Shown here one piece after another: positions 13,186 to 24,621 of a DNA stretch of 48,696 nt. The DNA lies in contig QPGO01000098.1 of assembly GCA_008632985.1 (NCBI GenBank), positions 186,001-234,696 on the forward strand, given 5' to 3'. Below the pieces are notes generated by a model. That model saw only the letters and a list, made by a program, of their open reading frames with translations, searched no databases and had not been told where the DNA came from. The translations under genes and the position numbers were made by a program. The number at the start of each line of letters is the position of its first letter. The stretch's first letter is position 1. Source of the DNA: Psammoneis japonica (Eukaryota).

Positions 13186-14899
13186 CTGCCTGAAATTGTC
13201 TGTTGTGTTGTGCCTTTTCCTCCTCTGTGCAATGGAAAATGAAGAAAAATCACATGTCAAATGATGCTGGTGACACATGGATGTGGTTTCATTGGTTTGT
13301 CAAAATCTTCACATTTAAACAAAAGCTTGTTTTGGCATGTGTTGAAAGAACATGTGACAGCAAGCAACAAAATGAGTTGACTGTGTTGTTGCAAGAAAGC
13401 TGACAAATGAACTGCTCAAGGCAGGGTTGGCGCCAAAAGACAAAGCTGGCTTTTGTGTGGTGGATGGGCTTTCAACCCACCGCACAATGAAGGAGGACCA
13501 AGGAGAAGCATGGCAAAAATGGTGAACACCTGGAAAGCTGCTTTTCAGACAATGGTGAAGCATTGTGGCTGACTGCAAAACCAGCCCAACTTGGGCAGCT
13601 GGTGCAACCACATCATTGCACCCAACCAACCCCAGCCAGCAAATTGTGCCACAAAGAAACAAGGAATGACTGGCTTTTGAGCACACAGTGCACTTCTGTG
13701 CCACCCAGCACAATTTGTCAATGATGTTGCATTTGATGCCAATCAACACACAAGCACCACACCATCAAGAAAGCACAGCTGACTTTCCAAATTTTGAAAG
13801 CAACATTTGGTTGGGGTTCCCTGGCCTGTGCAACAACCATGCCGCATGCTCTGGCACATGCTTTGAGCAAGGACAACAACCAAGGAACAAGCAGTGCACA
13901 AAAGGTGAGGGTCACCCACCCAAGTAAAAAGGCATCAACCTCTGTGTTGTTTTGCATGCTGGCATCCAAAGAATGGCAGTTGCTTTTGAGTGCTTTCACA
14001 AGCAAAGGTTTGTGGCTGTTGTCAGAGGAGTGACTCCATGCCCATGCCACAGATTTTTTTCTTTTCAAATCTGCCAATGACTTGCATGTCTCTCTGTGTG
14101 ACATGTTGCCAGCCAATTTGTGGTGCCCTGCATTCCCAAAGAGAAATCTGATCTTGAACTTCAACAAAGGCTTCAGCAAAAAGCAAAAATTTGACCTGGG
14201 TGCAGGTGAAGAGTTTGCAACTTGTTGCAACCACGCCCAAAAGCTGCAACACCAGATGCCTGCCTTCTGTCACAAATTTGCAAAATGAAAAAGGAGCTGC
14301 AGCTGTGGCAGAGAAGCAGCCAGTCAATCCAATGAAGAAGACAGATCACCATTTTTTGCCCAAATGGGGTCCAGCAGCACTGCCAACGAGAAGGGCTGGA
14401 GAGCTGGCAAAGATTTGAGTGCTGTGTCTGTGACAACCCATGCCATTGAAGCATGTGAACAAAAAGGTGTTGCAATGACCTCAATCTCTTCCAAGCTGAA
14501 AGCAGCTCTCTCCAGCTTTTAGCACCATTTGAGCCTGGTGTCTGTTTGTCCTTGAGGAGGCTGCCAGACTCAATCTCTGGCAGATGATGCTGACCCTGAC
14601 ATGTCAATGCTGTTCTGGCAGAGCACAAAAAAGGCAACTCACACAAACACACAATGCTGGTGACACACCTGGCCCTTCCTTTGTGGCAACCTTGGACAGA
14701 GGACCCCTCCTGTTGCAGTGAAATCAGTGCTTTGCTCAGAGGCAGAGCCAGGTGCACGCCTGTGGTCAGACTGTGCTTCAAGAATTTTTTTAGCCACCAT
14801 TGCCTGCTGGTGCTTTTTGTGATCTTGCTGCACTTTTTCCTTGAAGAGCAAATGATGAGACTGGGTGGGACCTTGGCAAGGGAGCATTGAGGTGCAATC

Positions 14900-15620
14900 C
14901 AATGAGAGCACAAATGTGTCAAAATGATCTGCAAAGACCAACCAAGCATCCTGTCAGCACAAAATCACAAGCAGTGTTTTAAAAAAAAAACAAGACATGC
15001 CAAAAGGTTGTGCCTGCTTCTTGTGAAGTGCCTCCACAGCAGCTCTGAACAAACCAGCTGCTTGTGTTCAGATTGCTCACAAGTGAAACAAAAATGGCAG
15101 GACAAGTCACATGCCAGCCAGTCAGAACCTGCTTGCCTCCAATGTCAATGCCCTGGCTGTGTCACTGCTTGTGTCATGCTGTTCTTGTTGACTCCATTGC
15201 AGAAAAGATGTGTCAGGAATGGACACGCTTGAGCAGTGGTGGTGGCAGAGAGCATTGAGACCAACACCCCCCTGAGACAATGATTGAAAACAGTGCTTGC
15301 GATGCAAAGCTGTTGGGATGGCACAGCACAAACATTTTGACAGCCACTCATCTTGCATCCCAGAGCACTCTGTCTTTCACACAACCAAGACTCTGTCTGA
15401 GAAACTGTGCGACACTCACATTGTCTGCAACCATCCAACAAACTGCCATTCCTCCATGTGCATCTCTTGCAAATGCTTTGCTGAAGCCAAGAAAAAGGCC
15501 AAGACTCAACTCTTCCTTGCTTGATCCACTGAAAGCACTGAAAGTCTGGCTCACATGCAGAGCAAGTGGACAAGCCCCCTGGGCTGGGCAGCAGGTTGAC
15601 ACTGGATTTTCACACAAATC
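14900..15620 (-). pseudogene. Possible relic of a non-LTR retrotransposon reverse transcriptase
   Basis: FLGFSKAF (~15490, cf. LDFSKAFD) is followed ~70 codons later by SQGGV(L) (~15270, cf. QGxxLS). No intact YADD. Confidence 0.3.
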
Positions 15621-18269
15621 TCAACAATGAGCATGGTGGAAGAATGTGATCCACAGGGAAAGGAGCTGTTTCAGCTGTTGCTGTGCCAATGCAGGTGTGA
15701 AACCATGTGTTTTGCAGAAATGGCTGTCGATTTTGGGGCCAATGCCATTGCACCACTGGGTCGCTCTCAAGAAGTTTCTTGATGTGCGCCAGTCTAAATG
15801 GAGACCAGACTCTGTGACAAAAGACACCTCTCTCTGTTTCAAAAACAAAGGATCCCATTGCAGAATTTTGACTTTGCACTGGTTGGCAAAAGATTGCCAA
15901 GATCATTGAGGAGATGAAGCTGCCAAATGCAATGGCAAAACTCTGGGCCACCCAACATTCAGTGGGTTTGAGGATGATCCAATGGTGAGAAGGGCCCTCA
16001 GCTCTCCCTTGCAGCTCTCCTTTTGGGACATGACATGTGTTCACACAAGGAGTTGGCAGATGCAGTCAAAAAAGCAGGGGGTTTGCTTGCAAGGAACTTG
16101 CAGAAGACTGGGAAAGAGCTGCACGCTGCACAAAGCTCTTCAAGAAGACTTTTTGGGTGTGGAAGGAGCAGCCTTCAATTCCAGCAATGTGGCGCCATGC
16201 CTGACAAAGGGCTTTTGCACAAAAAATGATTGATGATGGGTGCCAAAAGTGCTCAAGTGAGTCTTCCATTTCTCACTTTACCACATCAAAGATGAGAGTC
16301 ATTGCAGGAACCAGAAATTAATTGTGGCATGTGAAGGGTCCTCAGGACATGCTCAGGACATGACAGTTGCAATTTTCAGGGGGCAGAGCATGCACAGATG
16401 CATGCTGTGTGCAACAGCAAGCTGTTTCTGAATTGTTGTGTTGACAACAAGGAGGAGCTGTCCAATGGAGCAGAGCACAGGCTGCACACCTGAACTGCTT
16501 CAGAGGCACCACATTTGGTGCTGGTGAAAGCAGTGGAGGAAAAGGAGCCAGCAACCTTGATGAACAGGAAATGCACAACAACAACATTGCAATGAAAGAC
16601 AACCCAGCCTGTGCTGGGGGAGGGGTGAGGGGGGCATCACACCTTGAAGCATTGTTGCTCCACAAGGATGCCAAGGCTGGTTTGTTTCTTGATTTTAAGG
16701 ATGAAGTCAAAGGGTCAGCACATCCTCTGTTGCCAACACCCACACTTTCATGCTTCGAAGCCTCAGCTTGTTTGATTAAAAACTGTCAATGTGGGCAAGC
16801 TGGTGGAGCTCATTGCAGATGAAGACACACTGCTTGCTTTTTCCACAACTGTCATTGATGCTCTGACATCTCTGGCTAAACTCAAAATGCAAAAGTCAGG
16901 GGAGAAGCTTTGGCTGCACAAGCACACTCTTCCACAAAGTGCAATGGTCATGGCTGAAAAAGCCAGAGTTCTCACATGGATGATTGACTGTGTGTGCAAG
17001 AAAGGCACTCAACATGCAACCGACGCTGGCACTCCCAACATTTTGCTTGTTGGTGGAGCCATGACTCTTGCTGCTCACAAGGGCATGAAGAATGTAGTCT
17101 GATTTTAAGCAACAAAATTCTTGCTTTGATGAAATCAATGAAGCAGCGCTGGGGAGCCACAAAATTCACAAGGCTGCTGAGCTGGTTGCAACATCATGTC
17201 ACTGTCAGACTGGGTGTGTGGGTGAGAGTCTGCTTTGAATTTGGGAGATGACTGTTTTGCGTCTGTGTGTGCTGATTTGGTCATCATCCAGCCCAGAGAA
17301 GCCAGCTTCCATTTCAAATTGGTGGAACAATGTCATCTTTTGTCATTGCAAGCCTTCACAGCAGTTGCCTCAAAAAGAGAGAAGACACCAGCAGTCAAAC
17401 AAATGGTGTTGGAGACCAGCTGGTGCAGATGGAAGTTGTCCAGAGATGTGACAGAGGATTGTCAGTGGTGTCATGCAGAAACAATGCCAGATCTTGTGCA
17501 GGAAAACCAATGGGATCAGCAAACAGTTGGTGATCAAATGACACCAAAAAGGATGACTTGTGTTCTTGCTGGAAAGGGACACAGCAACAGAGGCAGCACT
17601 TGCACCCCAAAGAGTGAAGGACTTGATTGAACAGCAGAGAAAAGAAGCAGCATTCTTAAAGACCAACTGGCAAGGACAGAAGCAGTCCAGAGATGGGACA
17701 TGCAGATTGTCAGCAGTTTCTGCTGAACCACACAGAATTTGCACTGGAACCTGTGCAGAAAATTTTGAGATGACAGAAGATCACAAGAAATGACAACCAG
17801 CATGCAAACCATGCCGGCAAGGCTTCGACACCCATCATTTTCCAGCCACCAAAAAATGTTTTGCATCATGCTGAAACAAGGTTGCACCATTTGCAACTGT
17901 GGACGAAAGGGGCTTGTTGGAACTGACAAGACACCATCTGAGAAGGGCAACATTAGCACGAGAAGTTGCATGGAAATCCACTCACAATGTGCTGTGGGTG
18001 TGCAGAGCTGACATTGAAAAATGGGTGCTCCAGCGTCCAAAACATTTGTGAGCAATGTTGCTCAATTGATGAAGGCTTCAGGGCAGGTTCTGAGAACTTG
18101 ACAAAAAAATGAAAGCACCCCTGAATCTTGCCCCAAGTCCCCCTTTTGGCACTGTCATTCCTGGCATGCCCAAAGGGATGGCGCCGCCATGTCACACTCA
18201 ACAACAGCCTTGTCTTGGTGATCAAAACAACATCTGTGTCATTTGGCAAAGACTGTTTGAAGGGTCTGC

Positions 18270-18480
18270 ACTCAGAAAAGTGGACAGCAACAGTTGACAC
18301 TGTGGATGGATGCTCTAGTCAGAACAAGCTTGTGCACGCGCAATCTCCATGAGCAAATGACCCCACAGTGGGTTGCAGCTCCCCAAGTGCCAGTGGGTGC
18401 AACACATGGCAGATGCACCTAAAAATGCCATGTCGCAGCATCTGTCAAGGCAAGGACAGAAATGGACAGCAGCACCTTGC
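18270..18480 (+). pseudogene. Possible relic of a DDE DNA transposase (DGCxxQ(N/Y)K ... HGKxxxD type)
   Basis: VDGCSSQNK at ~18302-18328, then a frame-broken QGK..EMDS some 40 codons later. The spacing is compatible with this motif pair. Confidence 0.3.
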
Positions 18481-20451
18481 TTTTGTGCCAGAGCTGTCAT
18501 CAAAAGAGGAGCTTGGTTGCTGCTGATGGGTTTAGTTGGGCATCAGCAGAAGTGCTGCCAGCTCTTGTTTGTGTCAAGGGTGGGTGCTTGCTGTCATGAC
18601 CAATCTTTTGAGTTCTTCAGCCAAACACCTGCATTCTCTTGCAACTGTGCAACCCATTCCCAAAAAGAAACAGAGAAAGTGCAAACAAAGCCACTTCAAT
18701 GTTGCTCAAAGGGGATAAAAAAATGCTCCAGAATTTTTCACAAAACTCCAAACCAGCCATGTCTGAAGGAACTTTCATCCAGCTCAAGCAACCAACAACA
18801 AAAATTGCACCAAATCCAACTGTTCAAGCATCATGATTGCATGGGCCCAGGAAGCACACACAGTGCCAAAAGAGCCCAGGCACTGTGATGAAGAACACCC
18901 AGTGGAAACAAAAAAAGGAAATCCAAAGTCAACAAAGTGGTGGGGTAAAAAGCACATGCCTGTCAAAGGATTTGAAGCACCAAAACCAAATGTGTCTCAG
19001 AAAAGCTTTTGCTCACTTCCAGAAACTGATTCTGAAAGACCATCATGAAATGCTCTGCCACGATGCAGTCAATGCAAGTGTTTCAAAATCTGTCAAACAG
19101 CAGCCTGCGCAGCTTTTGTCATTGAACAGCATCTCTTGTTCATGCACAAATTCTCATTTGGCCATGCAATGGCATGCCAAAAGGGCTGAAAGAGGGAGCA
19201 CATGGTGCAGATTGTAAGATGTTGCAAAAGGTGTCAAAATGCTGGTTGAAGAAGGGGATGGGGTGCTGTTGTGAGCCACTGACTGGTGCCCGGTGCTGCG
19301 CGCGTCATGTGATGAGAGGATGCAAAGTTCCAGAAGAAGTGGCCGCTGACCAGCAATGTGCAACACATCTGGCACACACATGGGAGACCTGAACACTGGG
19401 GATGTGAATCAATCACTGCACAGTGTGTGTTGTGACCTTTGCTGGACCAAAGCTGGAGTTGCAGCACAGCTCTGCTCTGCAGCTGGATGTTTTTGGCCTT
19501 CATCTCATCACTGGCCATTTTGGCATTGACCAGCAGACTCAATTTACAAAGATGCTTGAGCCACAAAATTGTTTTGCTGAGAGTGACACACCTTTGCTGG
19601 AGGAGAGGGCACATCTGTGAAGCACATTTTGAGCACATTTGACAGAGGACATGCTGCTGCCGCTGTTTTGGAAGCAAAAAGCATGAGCAGGAGAGCAGCT
19701 GTGTCGCCAACCTGACAGAGGAGTTGACAAGCTTTCAGGGGTCAAAGTGCATCATTCAGCATGTTGTGTTGCTGCAACAAGATCAGGCAATGAGTGGGCT
19801 GTGAAGAAACAGCGCGCAAGCTGCCCTGGTCGGTTTCTCCGTCACGGCACACGAGAAACCAGCAGCGGAGCGTTGACTCAGCTGCCAACATCTGGGAGGC
19901 ACGGACTTTCCGAGTGAACTTCATGTGTGATGCATTTCAGCAAAGGCTTGCAGTGTGTCATGTCAAAATGGCACACAGATCTGTGCCACAGTTGAGTGGC
20001 TTATGTGCCATTGACAAACAATGTTTGAGTGGTTGCCTGCGCAGTGGCTGCAATGGGATGGTTAGCAAGCGATGTAAAAATCTCTGCAGAAATGAGAATT
20101 TGCATCGCCGGCCGGGTGCAAAAATTTTTCTGAAGACAGTTTGTTATTGTAAGCTAAAATAATCGCATTTCATCGGTCTTTTGCAAAAAATTCGGCCTCA
20201 GCTTCAACCAGAAATTTCAGCAGCGCATCGATGCAAAAAAAAATTTGGAGTCGCATCGATCCTATCTCCCTGCGCCGCAGTCGTTGACTGCTGATAACAA
20301 AGCTCCAGAACCTCATCATATGGCTCATACATCAAACTCCACTTCCACTTCTGTTGCTTCTGAAGTTATGCCCAATTCATTGAATACCTGGGAGAATTTG
20401 GCGCAAGATCCAGCCGACGACTGGATGCATCGACGCTGATTCAGACATGCT

Positions 20452-22150
20452 CAAGGTGTGAAAACAAAAGTTACCTCCTTAGAATGCTCTCATTCTGTAG
20501 ATGTTGTTATTGCCATTGATTGTGTCATAATTCCGAGTCATTGTAAAGCAACGGCTACTTGAGCAAACGCACCATGATTTTGGTGCGGAAACCAGCTGGC
20601 TAGAGAGTAGTTGCGAGGAGCCGCAGTTCTAGATCTACTCAATGTATGAAACAAAACTAACATCATTAGAAACCTCTCGTTCTGTAGATGATTTTATTGC
20701 TATTGATTGTGTCATAATTCCAAGTAGTTCTAAAGCAATGCACACTAGAGCAAAACGCACTGGGATTTGGGCGCGCAAATGCGGGGTTGGCATGATGTCT
20801 GGATGACAACACGGATCTGCTAGATGTATGGAAATAAAAGTATCATCATTAGAAAGCTTTCATTCTGTAGATGATGTTATTGCCATTGATTGTGTCATAA
20901 ATCCGAGTTATTCTAAAGCAACGCCCACCTGAGCAAAACGCACTACGATTTTGGCGCGGAAACCAGCTAGCCACAGCAGTTGCGGGTAGCCGCAGATCTG
21001 GATCTACTCAAGGTATGAAAACAAAACTAACACCATTAGAAAGCTCTCAATCTGTAGATGATGTTATTGCCATTGATTGTGTCATAAATCCGAGTTATAC
21101 TAAAGCAACGCCTGCCTGAGCAAAATGCACTCATGTGATTTGGGCGCGGAAACCAGCTAGCTAGCAGTTGCGGGTAGCCACAGATCTGGATCTACTCAAG
21201 GTATGAAAACAAAAATAACACCATTAGAAAGCTTTCGTTCTGTAGATGATGTTATTGCTATTGATTGTGTCATAAATCCGAGTCACACTAAAGCAACGCC
21301 TACTTGAGCAAAACGCATTGGGATTTTGGCGCGCAAGGGCATGTGCGGGGTTACGGGTAGCCGCAGATCTGGATCTACTCAAGGTATGAAAACAAAACTA
21401 ACACCATTAGAAAGCTCTCAATCTGTAGATGATGTTATTGCTATTGATTGTGTCATAAATCCGAGTTATACTAAAGCAACGCCTGCCTGAGCAAAATGCA
21501 CTCATGTGATTTGGGCGCGGAAACCAGCTAGCTAGCAGTTGCGGGTAGCCACAGATCTGGATCTACTCAAGGTATGAAAACAAAAACAACACCATTAGAA
21601 AGCTTTCGTTCTGTAGATGATGTTATTGCCGTTGATTGTGTCATAATTCTGAGTTGTTCTAAAGCAACGCCTACTTGAGCAAAACGCATTGTGGGATTTG
21701 GGCGTGCAAGGGCATGTGCGGGGTTACGGGCAGCCGCAGATCTGGATCTATTCAAGGCATGAAAACAAAACTAACACCATTAAAAAGCTCTTGTTCTGTA
21801 GATGATGTTATTGCCATTGATTGTGTCATAATTCCAAGTTGTTCTAAAGCAACGCCTGTTTGAGCAAAACCCATTGGGATTTGGGCGCACAGTCGCAAGT
21901 GGGGGTTACGGGCATCCTCAGATCTGGATCTACTCAAGGCATGAAAACAAAACTAACACCATTAGAAAGCTCTTGATCTCTAGAGGATGTTATTGCCATT
22001 GATTGTGTCATAATTCCAAGTTGTTCTAAAGCAACGCCTGTTTGAGCAAAACCCATTGGGATTTGGGCGCAAGGTCGCAAGTGGGGGTTGCAGGTAGCCG
22101 CGGATCTGGATCTACTCAAGGTATGAAAACAAAAGTAATGTCACTAGAAA
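20452..22150 (+). repeat. Tandem satellite, ~181-189-bp unit, ~9 copies
   Basis: The unit ggtatgaaaacaaaa..ccattagaaagct..tgtagatgatgttattgccattgattgtgtcataa..ggatctactcaa restarts at ~20455, 20644, 20825, 21012, 21200, 21383, 21571, 21757, 21938 and 22120. Confidence 0.95.
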
Positions 22151-22886
22151 GCCCTAATTCCGCTTAATGAATCTACACTGCAAATATCACCAACAAACGC
22201 AAAAACGAATTCATTCGGCATCACGCTATTTGCTGCAAAATAACACCCAAGCAAAAGGGATGAGAATGACAAGAACATGGCAGGACACAACAACACTTTC
22301 ACAGCATTCAATCAAGCATACAAGAATACATCATATTGCAGGTTTGTACCTTATGCAATGGAGTATATCCAAAACTGTATTGGCACGACACGTGCAGCAA
22401 CACGTCCGTGTTGTTTGTTGTGCTTCATGCCGCATCCCGCATCGAAGGTCGGAGGAGCGATCTAGGGCCCTACACGATTTTTGTACGTGGTCGTCGTACT
22501 GGAGATTTGTCTTTTTCAGCTGGAAAATTGCAGCGGCGTTGACGCTGCCACGCTTGCTAACACGTGGCTGCAACATAAATTTTCGCATCATCGCGCGCCG
22601 GCCGGCTGCGGAAAATTTCAACAAAAGGAATTTCTGCAGAGCGCTGCTAACCATCTCTAATGTCGCAGGGTGCGATTGCGGTAACGCGCAGTGTGACCTC
22701 CACTTCCTTCTACAGGTACACACACGAGGATCACTTAACACTTGCGTAGCGCATGCAAGGTCACTCTATTATCTAGAGACCTGGACCACCGCGGCCATCA
22801 TATCGGTACTTTGAATGTGTTGCCGCATGCGCCGGTACCTTGATCATTCAGCTGTTGTTGATTAGCAGAATACAACCCCTATCGAG

Positions 22887-24230
22887 ATGGCGAATGACGG
22901 AATAGTAGTAGGAGTGATTGCAGGCCCGACTTGGGGAGAGCAAAGGATGCAGAACCATGACAGTGATTCGGGTGGGAGCAGACAACAATGGGTTGCATGC
23001 CCTTCCATGATCTTGTTCGTTGTTGGTTTCTTCCTTGCTTATTTAAGCTTCATCGTTGGGGCTCTCTTTCTTGCTTTGGGAATCTTTTACGGAATAGAGC
23101 TTTTGTTTTATAATGCGCAATGGCAAGAACACCTTTCGGAATACGCTGACAAATTGGAGACGGCGCAAGGGAAAATTGTCGCCCGCAGCAGTACCAAGGA
23201 CCCACGCACCGACGCTATGAGCTATAGCGTCATTATTGAATATTGCTACGACGCATCCAAGGGCCAACAGGAAGATGCCGTTTCAGTAATTCACAAAACG
23301 TTTGACGTCTTGTCTGTCGCTGCAGCCGACCTTTATGCCTGCTCGTCGCCAGAGATTGAGATAAAGGTTTCTCCGAACTTACCAGAATCTGGTATTCCAC
23401 CGATTCTGCTACATCGCAAGCTAGGCGATTTGAAACGCCGGGATATTTACCTTTTAAAAGCATTTGCGCTTGCCGGAATCCCAATATATCTATTTTTGGC
23501 ATACGTTTATGGAAGGCTGATTGGCGCTGTTGTCATCATTGTGGATCTCGCAGCGTTGGCTGCGTTCCTCATGTTGCCGTATGCACTTATCTTATGCAAA
23601 AGCAATCAGCAACAGCGTCTGGAGCTCTTGCAAGTGGACATGTGCAAAGTTGTGACGCGAATGGATCGCTTTCGGAGCATGTGGGAAAAGCTCGGCCCCA
23701 CCCCCGGCCGCAAATTCAGCATGGCCCTCTTTCCCGTAGGGGCATTCTTTGTCATGGTGCAAGGTGCAATCTTTGGTGGCTTTATGGGTCTCTTGGGGCT
23801 GCCCATGCTGATTTTTTCAATTGCTGCCTTTGTTGTATTGTGGCGTTACCCCCTATCAAGAGAAGAGCGCAACAAACTGAGTTATCAGGCCTCGGTGTCA
23901 TTTTTGATCGGATCCGTACTTGTCGGCATTTACTTTGTGTTTGGCTATCTATTGTACACAGACGGAGAAAAGGGTGCCGGTTCCGTATCTACTGTTTTCT
24001 TATCGGCCATAGTTTTACCAATACCGGCTCCACAATTCTACGTCTGGGTGGAACGACTACTCCGAGAGTACAAGTCAGTGTTGGTTGCAGATTCTGAAGA
24101 AGAACTACACGTGGGAGCTTGGACTGAAGACTCGCTCGGAACAACGCCAAGAAGTAGCTCGACAAACGCTCATATTGAGAATTTAAAATCCAAAGAGAGC
24201 ATTGAACTACAATCCATCTCTCGAGAATGA
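22887..24230 (+). CDS. Multi-pass membrane protein of unknown function (447 aa)
   Basis: Long intact ORF with ~8-9 hydrophobic segments and a luminal loop. Confidence 0.7.
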   Translation: MANDGIVVGVIAGPTWGEQRMQNHDSDSGGSRQQWVACPSMILFVVGFFLAYLSFIVGALFLALGIFYGIELLFYNAQWQEHLSEYADKLETAQGKIVARSSTKDPRTDAMSYSVIIEYCYDASKGQQEDAVSVIHKTFDVLSVAAADLYACSSPEIEIKVSPNLPESGIPPILLHRKLGDLKRRDIYLLKAFALAGIPIYLFLAYVYGRLIGAVVIIVDLAALAAFLMLPYALILCKSNQQQRLELLQVDMCKVVTRMDRFRSMWEKLGPTPGRKFSMALFPVGAFFVMVQGAIFGGFMGLLGLPMLIFSIAAFVVLWRYPLSREERNKLSYQASVSFLIGSVLVGIYFVFGYLLYTDGEKGAGSVSTVFLSAIVLPIPAPQFYVWVERLLREYKSVLVADSEEELHVGAWTEDSLGTTPRSSSTNAHIENLKSKESIELQSISRE

Positions 24231-24621
24231 TTTGCGAGTCAAGCTAACCCGTACCGGTACTATACCAGAGAGAGAGAGATTCAAAAAGATATTCTGCCCT
24301 CTGCTCATTGTCGCGCTTCAACAATTGACAAAGTCGGTTGCAGATAGTCATAATCTGCTTGCAATAGCACGCTGCATTGAAACGGTAAGTCCATAATACA
24401 ACGGAAGGCAATTGCTAAATGCTCACTTATTTGTTTTTTTCCTTCCCGTTTTATGTATTAGTATTGCAAATGACAGTCGATATACGTTTTGTCCAAGCCG
24501 ACTTCGTATGTTAACTTGCACTGCTAACGACTTACCTGTTTCAGTAACTTCCCCGTCACTACAATCGATGAAGATCCAATTCTGACGAAGCTCATCGCAT
24601 CCTAAAGTTCCATGATTCTTT

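Larger units (their letters stand above)
9950..20060. other. CpG- and TpA-depleted hypermutated block (decayed repeats/transposons)
   Basis: CG and TA are nearly absent over ~10 kb, with strong TG/CA excess. Only short Cys/His/Gln-rich ORFs occur. Boundaries are approximate. Confidence 0.85.

Noticed and set aside
10156..19924. Dozens of 60-260-aa ORFs in the ORF track
   Set aside because: Explained by loss of TAA/TAG codons in TpA-depleted DNA. They overlap on both strands and show no coherent domains.
9950..20060. Classical fungal RIP as the cause of the compositional bias
   Set aside because: RIP raises TpA and depletes CpA/TpG, and the opposite is observed here.
21567..22119. Three similar 61-62-aa ORFs, and similar repeated ORFs at 28840-29848
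   Set aside because: They are translations of satellite units, with non-ATG starts or frame differences between copies.
20452..22150. Conserved-plus-variable unit structure resembling a CRISPR array
   Set aside because: Units are ~185 bp, the variable parts are related to each other rather than unique spacers, there are no cas genes, and the context is eukaryotic.
22167..22814. 215-aa plus-strand ORF next to the satellite
   Set aside because: No recognisable motifs and atypical composition. More likely non-coding element sequence.
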